DNA of 64,000 nt from an uncultured delta proteobacterium (lineage in GTDB: Bacteria > Desulfobacterota > Desulfobacteria > Desulfobacterales > Desulfosalsimonadaceae). The position numbers were made by a program, and so were the translations under genes. Shown here piece after piece: positions 8,609-19,253 of the stretch; position 1 is the first letter of the stretch, and every line of letters starts with the position of its first letter. The notes under the pieces are model-generated. The model saw only the letters and a list, made by a program, of their open reading frames with translations, was not told the origin of the DNA and made no database searches. The DNA lies in NCBI GenBank assembly GCA_963826785.1, contig CAWGYD010000004.1, positions 320,001 through 384,000 on the forward strand, given 5' to 3'.

Positions 8609-10761
8609 TCAGAACAGTTTGAATCCGGTCATCACATCGACGGCCAGAAGCGTCTGGGAATCTGAATAGGTATCGTCGGATTCAAAGGAGTAGAGATAAA
8701 ACCATTTGTGCTTGAGGGTAAGGGCCAGAAAGGAATTGAGCTGGTAGGAGAGCGCATTGGTGATCTCGGACCGGATCTGCCGGTTGCCGAAATCGATCCG
8801 CTCGACGGAAAAGAAGGTATCGAGATGCAGGGAGTAGGCCAGGTCTCCCCAGAGCAGATAGTTTACGTCCATGATGGTTTCAAGACCGGTATAGAGCGCC
8901 GTTTCCGGTATCCTGGGTCTGTTTTTCGACACCTAAGCCCACTTTGCCGCTGAAGTGCGGTGTCTCAAACAGCGCCCCCAAAGTATCCCGGATCAGGATC
9001 GGCCTGAGATCGTCTGTTTTCACCACCACCGTGTCGACCTGGGTTTTGTGATAGGGGTTCACATAAGATTCGAGGTTATAGGCATACAGCAGCGTTCCAC
9101 GCAGCAGGTTCTGCAGGTAATCGTCTTCCTGTTTGATCAGGTAGATGTAGGGGGTGAAGACAAATTTGTGATACCGGTTGTACACGGTAAGATCGATGCG
9201 GTCTTCCATGCCCCATTTCCGGTAGGTCTCGGCCGGCTTTCCGGGCGGGATATCGATGTCTTCTCCCCGGCTGACACTGGTCTGATTGTAGAAATTAGAC
9301 AAAAAGACATCGGTGAGCACACGATACCGGCGATCCAGGTAATTAAAATCCGTGCGCAGAAAGACCCGGTCCGCAGAAAGATCGGCCCGGATGATATCCG
9401 AGATGGATTCCCAGGTGTTCTTGTATTTGATGTCCCGGCCAAACTGGGCGGCCAATTGGTCATAAACCGACTGGGGGGAGCAGACCCGGTAAAACCGGGC
9501 GTCGCTGATGGGGTATCCCTGAACCGATGACCCCGTCGGTCCCGGTGATGACCAGGCGCTTCCGGGCGGCCGCCTGCCGGAGTTCGGCTCCGGAAAGCGT
9601 GTACACGTAGACGGGATACCCGTTGTTGACCATGCCCAGAATGTCCGAATAGGTGACGCGCCCCGAAAGGGCGCGCGGCGATACGGCATAGTCTTCGATG
9701 ATGGCAATTTCCGCCCTGAAGCGGTCCCGCAGCAGCTGGGCGACCTGTTCGGTATCCAGTTGAACCGCGTCGGGGATATTTTCGGCAATGATCTGCTCCC
9801 CCTCGCTGGCAAACCGCTTTTTCCACAGGGTGAGCCGCTGGACAAATTCATCATAGGCGGTGGACAGGATCGGCCGGGGCGCGGCCGGTGTAAACTCAAG
9901 CCGGTTGACGGACAGGGGCCCGTCTGACGTAAGAGAAAGGGTGTAGAACCCCGCCGGGTCGGTCAGGGTGATCAGGGACCGCCCCGACTCGATGTCCACC
10001 CGGTTTGCCCTGGCCGCATACAGTTCGCCGGAGGCGTCTCCGCCGCTGATCACGAGTGAAATCGCCGGCTGCTGCGCCAGCAGGGCCAGATTGTCCGCCT
10101 GGGACAGGCCGGAAAGGACGATGATGTGATCCGGTTTTTCGGCCAGAACCTGTCCAAGCGTCTCCTGCATGGCCGCATCGATGTCCTGAAAGGTCACCTC
10201 CATCAGCTGTTTTTCGGCAATATCGATCAGCCCCCGCCGGGAGGTCAGCCCGATGAAGGCCAGTTTTTTGCCCTGGATGCTCCGGATAAACCAGGGGGTG
10301 AACACGGGGGCATCGTTGTTCCGGATATTGGCGGAAAGGAGCAGGGCCTTTCGGTCCCGGGCCAGAAAGGTCAGGTTGCTCACCCCGATGTTCAAATCCT
10401 GGGAAGACACCAGGGTGGCGGCACAGGCCGTGTAATTGAGATAGTCCATCATCAGGGAACCGCAGGAGAACCGCGACAGGATGCCGGGGTAAAAGGCGTT
10501 TCCCAGGTCCAGGTACAGGTCCGCAGAGTGATGGTTGCGCCAGTACTGAAGCGACTGGGCCATGATCAGCAGGGGGTCCTTTGAATGCTGGTCTTCGATG
10601 GCGGTGTCAAACCGGCCGTTGAGATTGGCCGTGAGCAAAAAGGTGATGTCGTCCGAAGACGGCGCCGCCGCGGCTGCCGGGGAAAAGTACACCAGGGCCG
10701 CCAGTATGGGCAAAAACAGCCGTCTGACGAAAAAGAAAAAACCGGGGGGGAACTTGAACAT
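8609..10761 (-). CDS. Exported 5'-nucleotidase-like protein with C-terminal beta-rich region; two apparent +1 frameshifts
   Basis: Signal peptide; degenerate metallophosphoesterase motifs (TANLNG, DLGN, LLSANI, AFIGLT); frames join near 9531-9534 (C4 run) and near 8909; ends in Phe. Confidence 0.7.
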
Positions 10762-10768
10762 GGGGGCC

Positions 10769-11551
10769 TTATTTGTTCCGGATGCATTCCAGCAGGGACT
10801 GGTAATTCTTGTTCATCTCTTCAATCCGGGCCGTTTTATCATCCAGCATCTTCTGCAGTTGGGTGTGGGATTCAAGCAGCGTCTGGTAAGTCTGGTTCAG
10901 GGTATCCAGCTGGGCCTTTTTTTCATCACAGGCGTCCTGTGCCTGTTGAAGCTGCGCCTGCAGGTCTTTGGCGGCCGCCTCTGCATTTGTCAATTCCGTC
11001 TTTTTTTCGGATAACTGGCGGTCCAGTTCAGCAATTTTTCCCTCAAGTTCTAATTTCTGGTTTTCGAAATCGGCCTTGAGCGTTTTTTGCGTTTCGTCGA
11101 GAAAACCTGCCTGTTCATTCAATTTTTCGGTCAGACGGGATGCGTCCTCATCCCAGGCGCTCTGGATTTCTTCCATGCGGATCATCATTTCGGCCATCTG
11201 TTCGCGGTCAGTGCTTTCCAGTTCAGCATACTGCCGGGCCAGATCCTGGTACCACCCGGCCATCTGGTCCATGTCCTGTTCATAGCGGGAGTTCAGATCG
11301 GCGACTTCTTCAGTCAGGGCGGCCACACGGTTTTTGATTCGGGCGGATTCGGATTTATATTGCCGGTTTTCTTCTTTGAGCACCTCGTTTTCACGCAGGG
11401 CAAGCTTCAGATTGTTTCTCATCAGCCGGTTTTCCGCCTGAAGTTGCTCCGGGGCGGAAAGGGGTCTGCCGCCTTGTATGCCGGCGCATGCGGATATACT
11501 CAATACCGCAGCCAAAGCCAGAAGCGTCAGTTTCAGGGGAAATGTCATGAT
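10769..11551 (-). CDS. Coiled-coil lipoprotein
   Basis: Lipobox-like ISAC after a hydrophobic stretch; long E/K/L heptad pattern; start codon uncertain. Confidence 0.75.
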   Translation of the reverse strand: MMTFPLKLTLLALAAVLSISACAGIQGGRPLSAPEQLQAENRLMRNNLKLALRENEVLKEENRQYKSESARIKNRVAALTEEVADLNSRYEQDMDQMAGWYQDLARQYAELESTDREQMAEMMIRMEEIQSAWDEDASRLTEKLNEQAGFLDETQKTLKADFENQKLELEGKIAELDRQLSEKKTELTNAEAAAKDLQAQLQQAQDACDEKKAQLDTLNQTYQTLLESHTQLQKMLDDKTARIEEMNKNYQSLLECIRNK

Positions 11552-11811
11552 GAAGCGGATCTGATTCACAACCCGCTAGTTATTTCAAAACCGGTGCTGA
11601 TGTCAAGATTGCGGATATCGTTTGCTGAAATATTTCCATGAACCGCGGCACTCCGGCAGGAGATTTTGGTGAATGGATGAAAAACGGCCTATACATTTCA
11701 TGAGGGTTTTATTTTCGGGTTTCACCCCATTGTGGCCTCATCTGAAAGTCATAAAATGGGATTGTTATGGTTTAATCCATCAATAATACCTGTCCATAAA
11801 GGAGAATGCGC

Positions 11812-11991
11812 ATGTGTTACAATTGCGGATGCGGCAAAGCCGCAGATGACCACGGGAAAGGTCATGCCGGTGTGGATTCCGACGGCAAGGCCATTACGGA
11901 CAAAACCTTTGAAGCGGCGGCCAAGGCGTTTGGGATGAGCAAGGAAGAGTCCAAGGAAAATACCCATTCGCTGCTCAAAGGAAAAAGCTGA
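11812..11991 (+). CDS. Small Cys/His-rich protein (59 aa)
   Basis: AAGGAG RBS 7 nt upstream; MCYNCGCG...DDHGKGH; followed by a terminator. Confidence 0.8.
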   Translation: MCYNCGCGKAADDHGKGHAGVDSDGKAITDKTFEAAAKAFGMSKEESKENTHSLLKGKS

Positions 11992-11994
11992 CGG

Positions 11995-12040
11995 AAAATG
12001 GACAGCCGTCCGGGTTCTGCCGGGCCGGCTGTCCATTTTT
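11995..12040 (+). terminator. Intrinsic terminator
   Basis: 14-bp stem AAAATGGACAGCCG/CGGCTGTCCATTTT ending in a T-run. Confidence 0.8.
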
Positions 12041-12243
12041 CACGACTCGCGCCATGGCCGAAAAAGGCGCCCCGACAAAATCCCCGAGACAAGCTGTCCT
12101 TATTTGCTCCCCTTCGCGCTTATCCCCCGTCATTTATTCCGCCCCGTCAAGCCGGGAACAAACATGCCGGATTCAGGTGGTATTGATTTACACTCGGTGA
12201 TACGATAGGTAATTATCATTTCTGCAGCAGGCGAGGAAATGAC

Positions 12244-12720
12244 ATGTCGGCGATTATCGAAAAAATCATATCCGGGGGGCAGACAGGAGCGGATCGGGCC
12301 GCACTGGATTTTGCCATTGAAAACAAAATTCCCCATGGCGGATGGGTTCCCCGCGGCCGCCGGTCCGAGGACGGCAAGATTCCGGAAAAGTACGGGCTGA
12401 AAGAGGCGCCCACGCCGGAATACGACCGCCGGACGGAATTAAACGCCTGCCATTCGGACGGCACCCTCATCATCAGCCATGGAAAACTTCAGGGCGGGTC
12501 GGCCCTGACCCGAAGAATGGCTGAAAAATACAGTCGGCCCCTGCTGCATATTGATTTATCCGCCACAATCGAATCCGAGGCCGCTTTGTCGGTTGTGCGC
12601 TGGATGCGGCAAAACCGGGTGAAAATTTTAAACGTTGCCGGCGCAAGGGCCAGCAGGGACCCGGACATTTATGGCGCAACCCGGAGCCTCCTTTCCGCCG
12701 TGCTCCAGATCGATCCTTAA
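12244..12720 (+). CDS. Putative molybdenum carrier / SLOG family protein
   Basis: KIISGGQTGADRAALD, RTELN, SDGTL, LNVAG motifs. Confidence 0.9.
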   Translation: MSAIIEKIISGGQTGADRAALDFAIENKIPHGGWVPRGRRSEDGKIPEKYGLKEAPTPEYDRRTELNACHSDGTLIISHGKLQGGSALTRRMAEKYSRPLLHIDLSATIESEAALSVVRWMRQNRVKILNVAGARASRDPDIYGATRSLLSAVLQIDP

Positions 12721-12784
12721 AAGAATCGCACCGCTCCGGGTGATTCAAAGCCATAAAGCCCCGATGAGCCGGAGATAAGAGGCC

Positions 12785-13510
12785 ATGATTTCGAGATCCT
12801 GGATGGTGGCGGATTTAGGCATTCTTTCCTTTCAAGAGGCCCATCAGCTGCAGTTCGACCTGGTTGAGGCGCGGCATTCCGGCCATTTTGACCGGGATCA
12901 GCTGCTGCTTCTGGAGCACCCGGCCGTGTTTACCCTGGGCCGCCGGGGCGGCCGCGAGAACCTGATGATTTCCGAAACCGAGCTGAAGCGCCTGGGCATC
13001 GACCTTGTCCCCACCGAGCGGGGAGGGGACATCACCTATCATGGGCCGGGGCAGCTGGTGGGATACCTGCTGGCGGTCCTTGACAGGGATAAAATGGATA
13101 TCCCGCATCTGGTCAGCAATGTGGAGGAGGTGATGATCCGAACGGCCATGGATTTTGACCTGCATGCAGGCCGTGATCCGCGCAATCACGGCGTCTGGGT
13201 GGATGGCCGGAAGCTGGGCAGCATCGGTATCGCCATCCGCCATGGCATCACCTTCCACGGCTTTGCCTTAAACGTCAATAATGACCTGACCCCCTTTAAA
13301 TGGATCAACGCCTGCGGACTGGCCGGGGTGGAGGTGACATCGATGTCGGCGCTTGCGGGCCGGCGCTTTCGGATGACGGAAGTGAAACAGCGGATTGTAA
13401 GAAATTTTGAGGATATCTTTGATGTCCGCCTTGAACCGGTCGGCGGAGACGATTTGAAAATCCGGCTGGGGGAAAAGGTTGAGTGCAAAAACGGTGCGAA
13501 GCTGAAATGA
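12785..13510 (+). CDS. lipB: Lipoyl(octanoyl) transferase
   Basis: LLEHPAVFTLG, RGGDITYHGPGQLVGY, HGFALNV, INACGL. Confidence 0.97.
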   Translation: MISRSWMVADLGILSFQEAHQLQFDLVEARHSGHFDRDQLLLLEHPAVFTLGRRGGRENLMISETELKRLGIDLVPTERGGDITYHGPGQLVGYLLAVLDRDKMDIPHLVSNVEEVMIRTAMDFDLHAGRDPRNHGVWVDGRKLGSIGIAIRHGITFHGFALNVNNDLTPFKWINACGLAGVEVTSMSALAGRRFRMTEVKQRIVRNFEDIFDVRLEPVGGDDLKIRLGEKVECKNGAKLK

Positions 13511-14370
13511 TCAGACCCGACTGGCTCAAAAAGCGGCTGCCCCCTATGGCAAACAGCAGCGAGATCCGTGCGCTGGTAAGCAACCGGCAGCTGCATACCG
13601 TCTGCCAGGAGGCCAAATGTCCCAATATCTGGGAATGCTTTTCCCGAAAAACAGCGACATTTCTGATCATGGGAAATCGGTGCACCCGGGACTGCCGGTT
13701 CTGCGGGGTTGAACAGGGACCTTCCGGCCCGCCCGATCCGGGTGAACCCGCCCGCCTGGCCCGGACCGCAAGCCAGATGAATCTCAAGTATGTGGTGGTC
13801 ACCTCGGTGACCCGCGATGATCTGCCCATGGGCGGAGCCGCCTTTTTTGCAGAAACCATCTATGCCTTGCGGAAATCCATCGCCGGTGTCCGCATAGAGG
13901 TCCTGATTCCTGATTTTTGCGGCGATGTCGATGCCCTTGAACTTGTGATCCGGGCCGGTCCCGATGTTTTGAACCATAATATTGAAACGGTTCCCCGGCT
14001 CTATTCCCGGGCGCGTCCCCAGGCAAATTACCGGCAAAGCCTGGATCTGCTGAATCGGGCAAGATCTTTCAATGCGGCCATTCCCACCAAATCGGGGCTG
14101 ATGCTGGGCCTGGGGGAAAGCGATGATGAAGCCCGGCAGACCCTTGACGATCTCCGGAAGGCCGGCTGCCGTATCCTGACCATCGGGCAGTACCTGCCGC
14201 CTTCCAAACATCACCTGCCGGTGGACCGATTTGTCACACCGGAAGCGTTTAACCGGTGGCGGATCATGGGAAAGGAGATGGGGTTTCTGGAAGTCGCTGC
14301 CGGGCCTTTTGTCAGAAGCTCTTATCATGCACAGAAAATATACCTTGCGGCCACTGGCCGACCGGCCTGA
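13507..14370 (+). CDS. lipA: Lipoyl synthase
   Basis: TVCQEAKCPNIWEC, CTRDCRFC, HNIETV, VRSSYHA. Confidence 0.97.
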   Translation: MIRPDWLKKRLPPMANSSEIRALVSNRQLHTVCQEAKCPNIWECFSRKTATFLIMGNRCTRDCRFCGVEQGPSGPPDPGEPARLARTASQMNLKYVVVTSVTRDDLPMGGAAFFAETIYALRKSIAGVRIEVLIPDFCGDVDALELVIRAGPDVLNHNIETVPRLYSRARPQANYRQSLDLLNRARSFNAAIPTKSGLMLGLGESDDEARQTLDDLRKAGCRILTIGQYLPPSKHHLPVDRFVTPEAFNRWRIMGKEMGFLEVAAGPFVRSSYHAQKIYLAATGRPA

Positions 14371-14479
14371 TATCGCCCCTGGCGCCCCTTCTTCCGGCCA
14401 TGGCCCCTTGACAAATCCGCCGCTGCTTTCATTCTTTAGACAGTTGCTTTTAATTTTCACCTTAAGAAACAGGTAACGA

Positions 14480-15196
14480 ATGAAAGCGCGATATTCAATC
14501 CTGATAATGATTTTTGCCGCAGCCGTGCTGATGGCCTCCCGCTTCGTACCTTACAAGAATGATTTCGATCAATCCTATGAAAACAACTATGATTACGGGT
14601 ATGGGTTCGATCGCAATGTCTACCGGGGTTACAATGAGGACGACCTGGTTCACATCCAGATTACCGACGACGAAATCATCGGCATCCGAAACGGCCGGCG
14701 GGTATCGGCCGTCGACCTGCATCTGGACGAATCGGTGCGCTGGTATGGAGAAATGGGGCGTGTAGGCGTGGTGCTCACCACCGAGCGGCTGATGGGGCTA
14801 TCCACCCGCACCAACTGGAAGATTCTGGATCTCGGGCTGAGTGAAAATCTGACATCGGATATCATGCTGTCGCCGCACCTGGCACTGGCGGTAAGTTCCA
14901 AGCGGATCATGGTTTTTGATTCATGGATGGGCCGCTGGGCCACCACGCCTTTCCCCATTCACGACGAATTCAAACAGGAGGCAATCGGTCTGAACGTGGC
15001 CGTGGTGCTGACATCCAGGCGGGCTTTCGGGTATGCCCTGGGAAAAACCTTTTTCAAACAGGTGGACATCCGCACCGGTGAAAATGTCAAATCGCTTGAA
15101 GTCACTGCAAAGAGTGCCACCCTCCGGACCGACCGCCGGTTGCTGATCTTCACGGCCGGCGATGCATCCTGGTCCAGGGTGGACCTGGATGAATGA
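14480..15196 (+). CDS. Exported hypothetical protein with repeated beta-rich segments
   Basis: N-terminal hydrophobic signal; repeated VVLTxxR motifs. Confidence 0.7.
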   Translation: MKARYSILIMIFAAAVLMASRFVPYKNDFDQSYENNYDYGYGFDRNVYRGYNEDDLVHIQITDDEIIGIRNGRRVSAVDLHLDESVRWYGEMGRVGVVLTTERLMGLSTRTNWKILDLGLSENLTSDIMLSPHLALAVSSKRIMVFDSWMGRWATTPFPIHDEFKQEAIGLNVAVVLTSRRAFGYALGKTFFKQVDIRTGENVKSLEVTAKSATLRTDRRLLIFTAGDASWSRVDLDE

Positions 15197-15251
15197 AAAC
15201 ATTTGAAATAGCGTTTTTCACCCGTTTATCTTTTGATTTCTCACCGGTCCA

Positions 15252-15380
15252 ACACCCCCCTGGCCCCCCTCGAGGGGGGAATCTGATCGTAATTTCAAGA
15301 CCTAATCCCCCTTGATGGGGGAATTTAATCGTAATTTCAAGGCCTAATCCCCCCTTGAGGGGGGAATTAAAGGGGGGTGT
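15252..15380. repeat. Array of three REP-like hairpins
   Basis: CCCCCT(C/T)GA(G/T)GGGGG palindromes at about 42-bp period with near-identical linkers ATCGTAATTTCAAGrCCTAAT; outer IR ACACCCCCC/GGGGGGTGT. Confidence 0.8.
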
Positions 15381-15450
15381 GCCGTCGGCGGCCGTTAGGA
15401 TTCAAACGTTTTTTCCTGCAAAAGCACCGCGCAGGCGGGATTTATACCGG

Positions 15451-17119
15451 TCAGAATTCCGATAGGTTCTGGTAGAACATCACCGTTGCCGGGCTGGTGG
15501 CTTCCGGGTCGGTGACCACGTTGATGCAGGCCGGTTTGCCCGATTCGGCAGCCCGCTTCAGCGCCGGGACGATCTCCTCATCTTTGGTGACCAGTTCGCC
15601 ATAGCCGCCGAGCCCCTCCACCATTTTCTCATATTGCCGCATCCCCAGCTCAGAGCAGGTGCACCGGTCTTTTCCAATGCTCATTTCCTGGGAATGCTTG
15701 ATCATCCCCCAGGCGCAGTCGTTGTTCACCACGCAGATGATGGGAATGTTGTGCCGAACCGCCGTGTCGAATTCCATGCTGTTGAACCCGAAGGAGCCGT
15801 CTCCGTTTAACACGACGACCGGCTTGTCCGGGTGGACCAGCTTGGCGGTGATGGCAAAGGGGATCCCCGTGCCCAGGCATCCCAGCAGGGCGCCGGCAGG
15901 GATCATCACGCCGGCCCGGTTGGCCGAGGAAAATCCCGCCAATCCGTAATAGCTGGTGTCTCCCCCGTCGGCGATGTAGAATGCATCTTCACCGAACACC
16001 TCCATGATTCTGGCCACCAGCCGGTTGGGATGGATGGGATCGGAGGGGTTTTTTCGCTGCTCCAGTTCGGTGGTCATGAACGCATGGTAGGCATTTTTCA
16101 GTTTCTTCAGCCAGTCGCCGTGATCTTTTTTGTCCAGCAAGGGATTGAGCTGCTCCAGAACATACCCGCAATCCCCGATCAGCCCGACATCGGCCGGCCG
16201 GTTCCGGTCGATTTCATGGGGATCGATGTCGATGCGCACCACCTTGGCATTGGGGAACAGCTGGCCCGACTGGAGCACCCAGTTGAAGCGGATGCCCGCG
16301 GCCACCACCACGTCGGCCTGGGGAAGCCCGGTCATGATGCCGGTGAACCCGCCTTCGTTGATGCACTGGGGGTGGCTATCGGGAAGGATGCCCCGGCCGT
16401 TGTTGATCAGGGCAAAGGGCATGCCGGTTTTATCCACGAAGTTTTTCACCGCGTCCCCGCAGCAGCTCATGCCGATGCCGCTGCCGCCCAGAAACATCGG
16501 TCTTTCGGCGTTGTTGATGATTTTTACGGCCTCGGCCAGTTCAGACACCTCCGGGTGGGTGGCGGATCTGTGCGTTTTTTTCCTGGGGGATCTGCACGTC
16601 CTTGAGTTCGGTCTGGATAAACAGGATGTCGGGCGGCAGTTCCAGAAACACCGGCCCGGGCCGTCCCATGGTGGCGTGACGGAAAGCAAGGGAGAGATAT
16701 TCGGGGATGCGCTTGATATCATAGCAGGTGGCGCTCCATTTGGTCACCGGCTTGATCATGTCGATCTGGTTCATCTCCTGGAGGGCGCCCTTGAGGTCGT
16801 CTCTGAGGGGATGGCGGCCGCAGAGCACCACCAGGGGCGCATTGTCCAGATGGGCGTTCACCACGCCGGTCAGCGCGTTGGTGAATCCGGGGCCCGCCGT
16901 CACCAGGCACACGCCGGGTTCCCCCGTGTAAATGGACCAGGCATGGGCCATCATGGCTGCTGCCTGTTCGTGGCGGACATCGATGGTGCGGATGCGGTAT
17001 TCCGTAAACCCGTCTAGAATATTTTCGATGTGGCCCCCGGAAATCGTAAATACCGTGCTGACGTTTTCCACTTCCTTCATGTATTTGGCCGCCAGATGCC
17101 CGCCGTAGATTTTACCCAT
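15451..17119 (-). CDS. Thiamine pyrophosphate-dependent enzyme (acetolactate synthase/2-hydroxyacyl-CoA lyase-like); one apparent +1 frameshift
   Basis: VRHEQAAAMMA, VTAGPG, GDGSFG...NND; frames join in the homopolymers at 16575-16589. Confidence 0.9.
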
Positions 17120-17258
17120 ATTGATCCCTCCTTTAATTAGCGATTTGCCCAAACATGAAATACTTTGCGGCGATCGAAATGAACTTGCATGATCCCGGGC
17201 ATGCCCATGGCATGTAAACCCGGTTCCCCCAGGCTTTTGAAATTTGCCGCTCTTTTTT

Positions 17259-17621
17259 TCATCCGGTGATGAGTTTCATGGCGCCTTCAAACCACTGGGC
17301 ATATACGCCCATTCCCAGTACCTTGAGCTTGCCCTCTGCCGCGGCATTGAACGAGGCATCGGGGGCCTTGCTGGTCATCACGGAAAAAGCCGTATCCGCA
17401 TCCTGCCATACCAGGGCCACGTCAAAATCCGTATGGTTCCCGCCGGATCGGGAGGACACCGTCCCCTTGTCAAAGATAAGCAGCCGGCCGTATTGGCCGT
17501 CCTGGGTCCTGATCAGGATTCGGGCCTGGGCCTTGCTGATGTATTTCTTGAATCTGGTGTTGGTGAACGAGGCGACTTTGAGGACCTGGGACAGGATGAA
17601 CAGCAGTGTTTGAAGCTTCAT
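17259..17621 (-). CDS. Hypothetical protein, possibly SCP2-like fold
   Basis: AGGAG RBS; AAEGKLKVLG resembles the SCP2 C-terminal motif. Confidence 0.65.
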   Translation of the reverse strand: MKLQTLLFILSQVLKVASFTNTRFKKYISKAQARILIRTQDGQYGRLLIFDKGTVSSRSGGNHTDFDVALVWQDADTAFSVMTSKAPDASFNAAAEGKLKVLGMGVYAQWFEGAMKLITG

Positions 17622-18026
17622 GAATCTCTCCTTGCCGGGGTAATGTTATTTGGATAATTCGGGACGGGGCCGCCACCGGAACGCAAACAGCGCCGAAAGT
17701 TTTCCGGGACCCGCCGGCGCAGCGATCCGAGCGGGTCAAAGGGCGTTTCGATCCGTTCGCCGAGACGGATCTGCGGGCCGTTATCCAATCCCCTGCAGCC
17801 GGGGACCTTGCCCATGCCGATCATCGCACCCGGACCGGTTTTCGAAATCCTTTGAGGGTTCATGCCTGTGCCAGAACGACAGAACGGAAATTTTTCCCCA
17901 TTGGGTAGAATTGTTCTAAAACTACGCAGGTGTGATTCAAATGTCAAGAAGGACGAAACGATCCGGTAGGGCGGGCGGGTGCAATGATTACCGAAGGCGG
18001 ATTTCCGAAGAGCGTGCAGTCACAGG

Positions 18027-18060
18027 CCGGACGGCCGGGTGATGTCCCGCGGCCGTCCGG
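18027..18060. terminator. GC-rich hairpin downstream of the small Zn-ribbon gene
   Basis: CCGGACGGCCG/CGGCCGTCCGG 11-bp stem; no clear U-tail. Confidence 0.5.
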
Positions 18061-18070
18061 ATGTTTAGTT

Positions 18071-18213
18071 AATGTCCATCCACAAATGGCTAATTTGCCC
18101 AATTTCTGCGTCAGGCTCAAATTTTAATCCTCAAAATACCTTGAGTATTCCTGCGGTTAAAATTTTCGCCTTCCTTGAACTTGAACAAATTATCTCATTC
18201 GTGGATGGACACT
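18071..18213 (-). mobile_element. 143-bp MITE-like element, copy 2 (inverted)
   Basis: Reverse complement of 2218-2360 with 7 substitutions by manual alignment; flanked by GTT on both sides. Confidence 0.85.
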
Positions 18214-18214
18214 G

Positions 18215-18433
18215 TTAACGGGCATCCTGGGTGCCGCCGGATGCTTCCAGGCTGCACTTGGTGAAATCGATCTGCTTGCCGCATTTATCGCATTTATGCG
18301 GACGGTTGAATTCATCGGAAAAGATTTCATTCTCTTCGCCGCATTCCGGACATTTGCAGGTAAATGCGCTCAAATTTTTGAAGTGCTGAAATCCCGGGCA
18401 GTGCTGGGGGGTTGAACCGATTTGAGGTGCCAT
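18215..18433 (-). CDS. Small zinc-ribbon protein
   Basis: HCPG, CPECG, EIFSDE, CDKCG; AAGGAGG RBS. Confidence 0.8.
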   Translation of the reverse strand: MAPQIGSTPQHCPGFQHFKNLSAFTCKCPECGEENEIFSDEFNRPHKCDKCGKQIDFTKCSLEASGGTQDAR

Positions 18434-18552
18434 GGTTTTCCTCCTTTCGTAGGGGGTTAAAATCTGCCTTTATCACGTGTAAGTCAAAGATAATGACGAT
18501 TCGGCCATTTCTCAAATTTTTTCACCATATGAATTCCCCAAAAAGCCCGCTT

Positions 18553-19179
18553 TCAATCTGTTGGTGAAGTAGCCGGTAAAGCGGCTGGCAGGCCTTTATC
18601 GAAAAATGAATAAATGGAAACAAAGGGGAGCGCCCGGACCAGGCTGTGCATGAAAAAGAGCAGGTAGAGGGCTGTCAGCTGGCCGGGGGTGAAGAGGGCC
18701 TCGTTGAAGGCATTATAGATCAGCAGCGACCACACCGTGTAATTGAGGATGACCCCGAAGAGGATCCAGGGTTTGTTATAGGTGAGCGCAAAATAGAGGG
18801 GCAGCTCTTTTTTCACCCGGGCCTTGTCCCCGAGGCGGCCTTCCACATAGAAGGCGGGAAGCTCAAAAAACTGATTTTTAAATCCCAGGTGAAAGGCGGT
18901 CAGGAACCAGGGGAAGACCCCCATGTACGACAGCATGCACATGACGGCGGTTTTGAGCAGCCGGTCGCCGGCCGCGTCGAAGAATTTTCCCGAGGCCGTG
19001 ACTTCTCCCCGCCACCGGGCCAGATTTCCGTCCACCGTGTCCATGAAATTGTTGAAAACGGCCATGAACAAAAAAATCAGAATCTTGTGCGAAGGGGCCG
19101 CCAGGTAGAACCAGAGCAGCAGGAGAAGACTTGCCGCCAGCCGAAACAGGGTGATCAGGTTGGGGATGCCCCAGGTCAT
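18553..19179 (-). CDS. CDP-alcohol phosphatidyltransferase family protein
   Basis: PNLITLFR and DTVDGNLAR...GKFFDAAGD motif. Confidence 0.9.
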   Translation of the reverse strand: MTWGIPNLITLFRLAASLLLLLWFYLAAPSHKILIFLFMAVFNNFMDTVDGNLARWRGEVTASGKFFDAAGDRLLKTAVMCMLSYMGVFPWFLTAFHLGFKNQFFELPAFYVEGRLGDKARVKKELPLYFALTYNKPWILFGVILNYTVWSLLIYNAFNEALFTPGQLTALYLLFFMHSLVRALPFVSIYSFFDKGLPAALPATSPTD

Positions 19180-19253
19180 TTTCACCTCCCGAAATAACCG
19201 TTGGCCACCGCATCCCAAGACCGTAAGTGAATGGCGCCGTTGTGCCAGATGGA

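Noticed and set aside
12223..12240. Fur box upstream of the molybdenum-carrier-like gene
   Set aside because: Only a half-site (ATTATCA) with wrong spacing
15252..15380. Possible mini CRISPR array
   Set aside because: Linkers between the palindromes are near-identical rather than unique spacers, and no cas genes are in the window
17618..17947. ORFs upstream of the 120-aa hypothetical gene
   Set aside because: No clear RBS or motifs; probably intergenic
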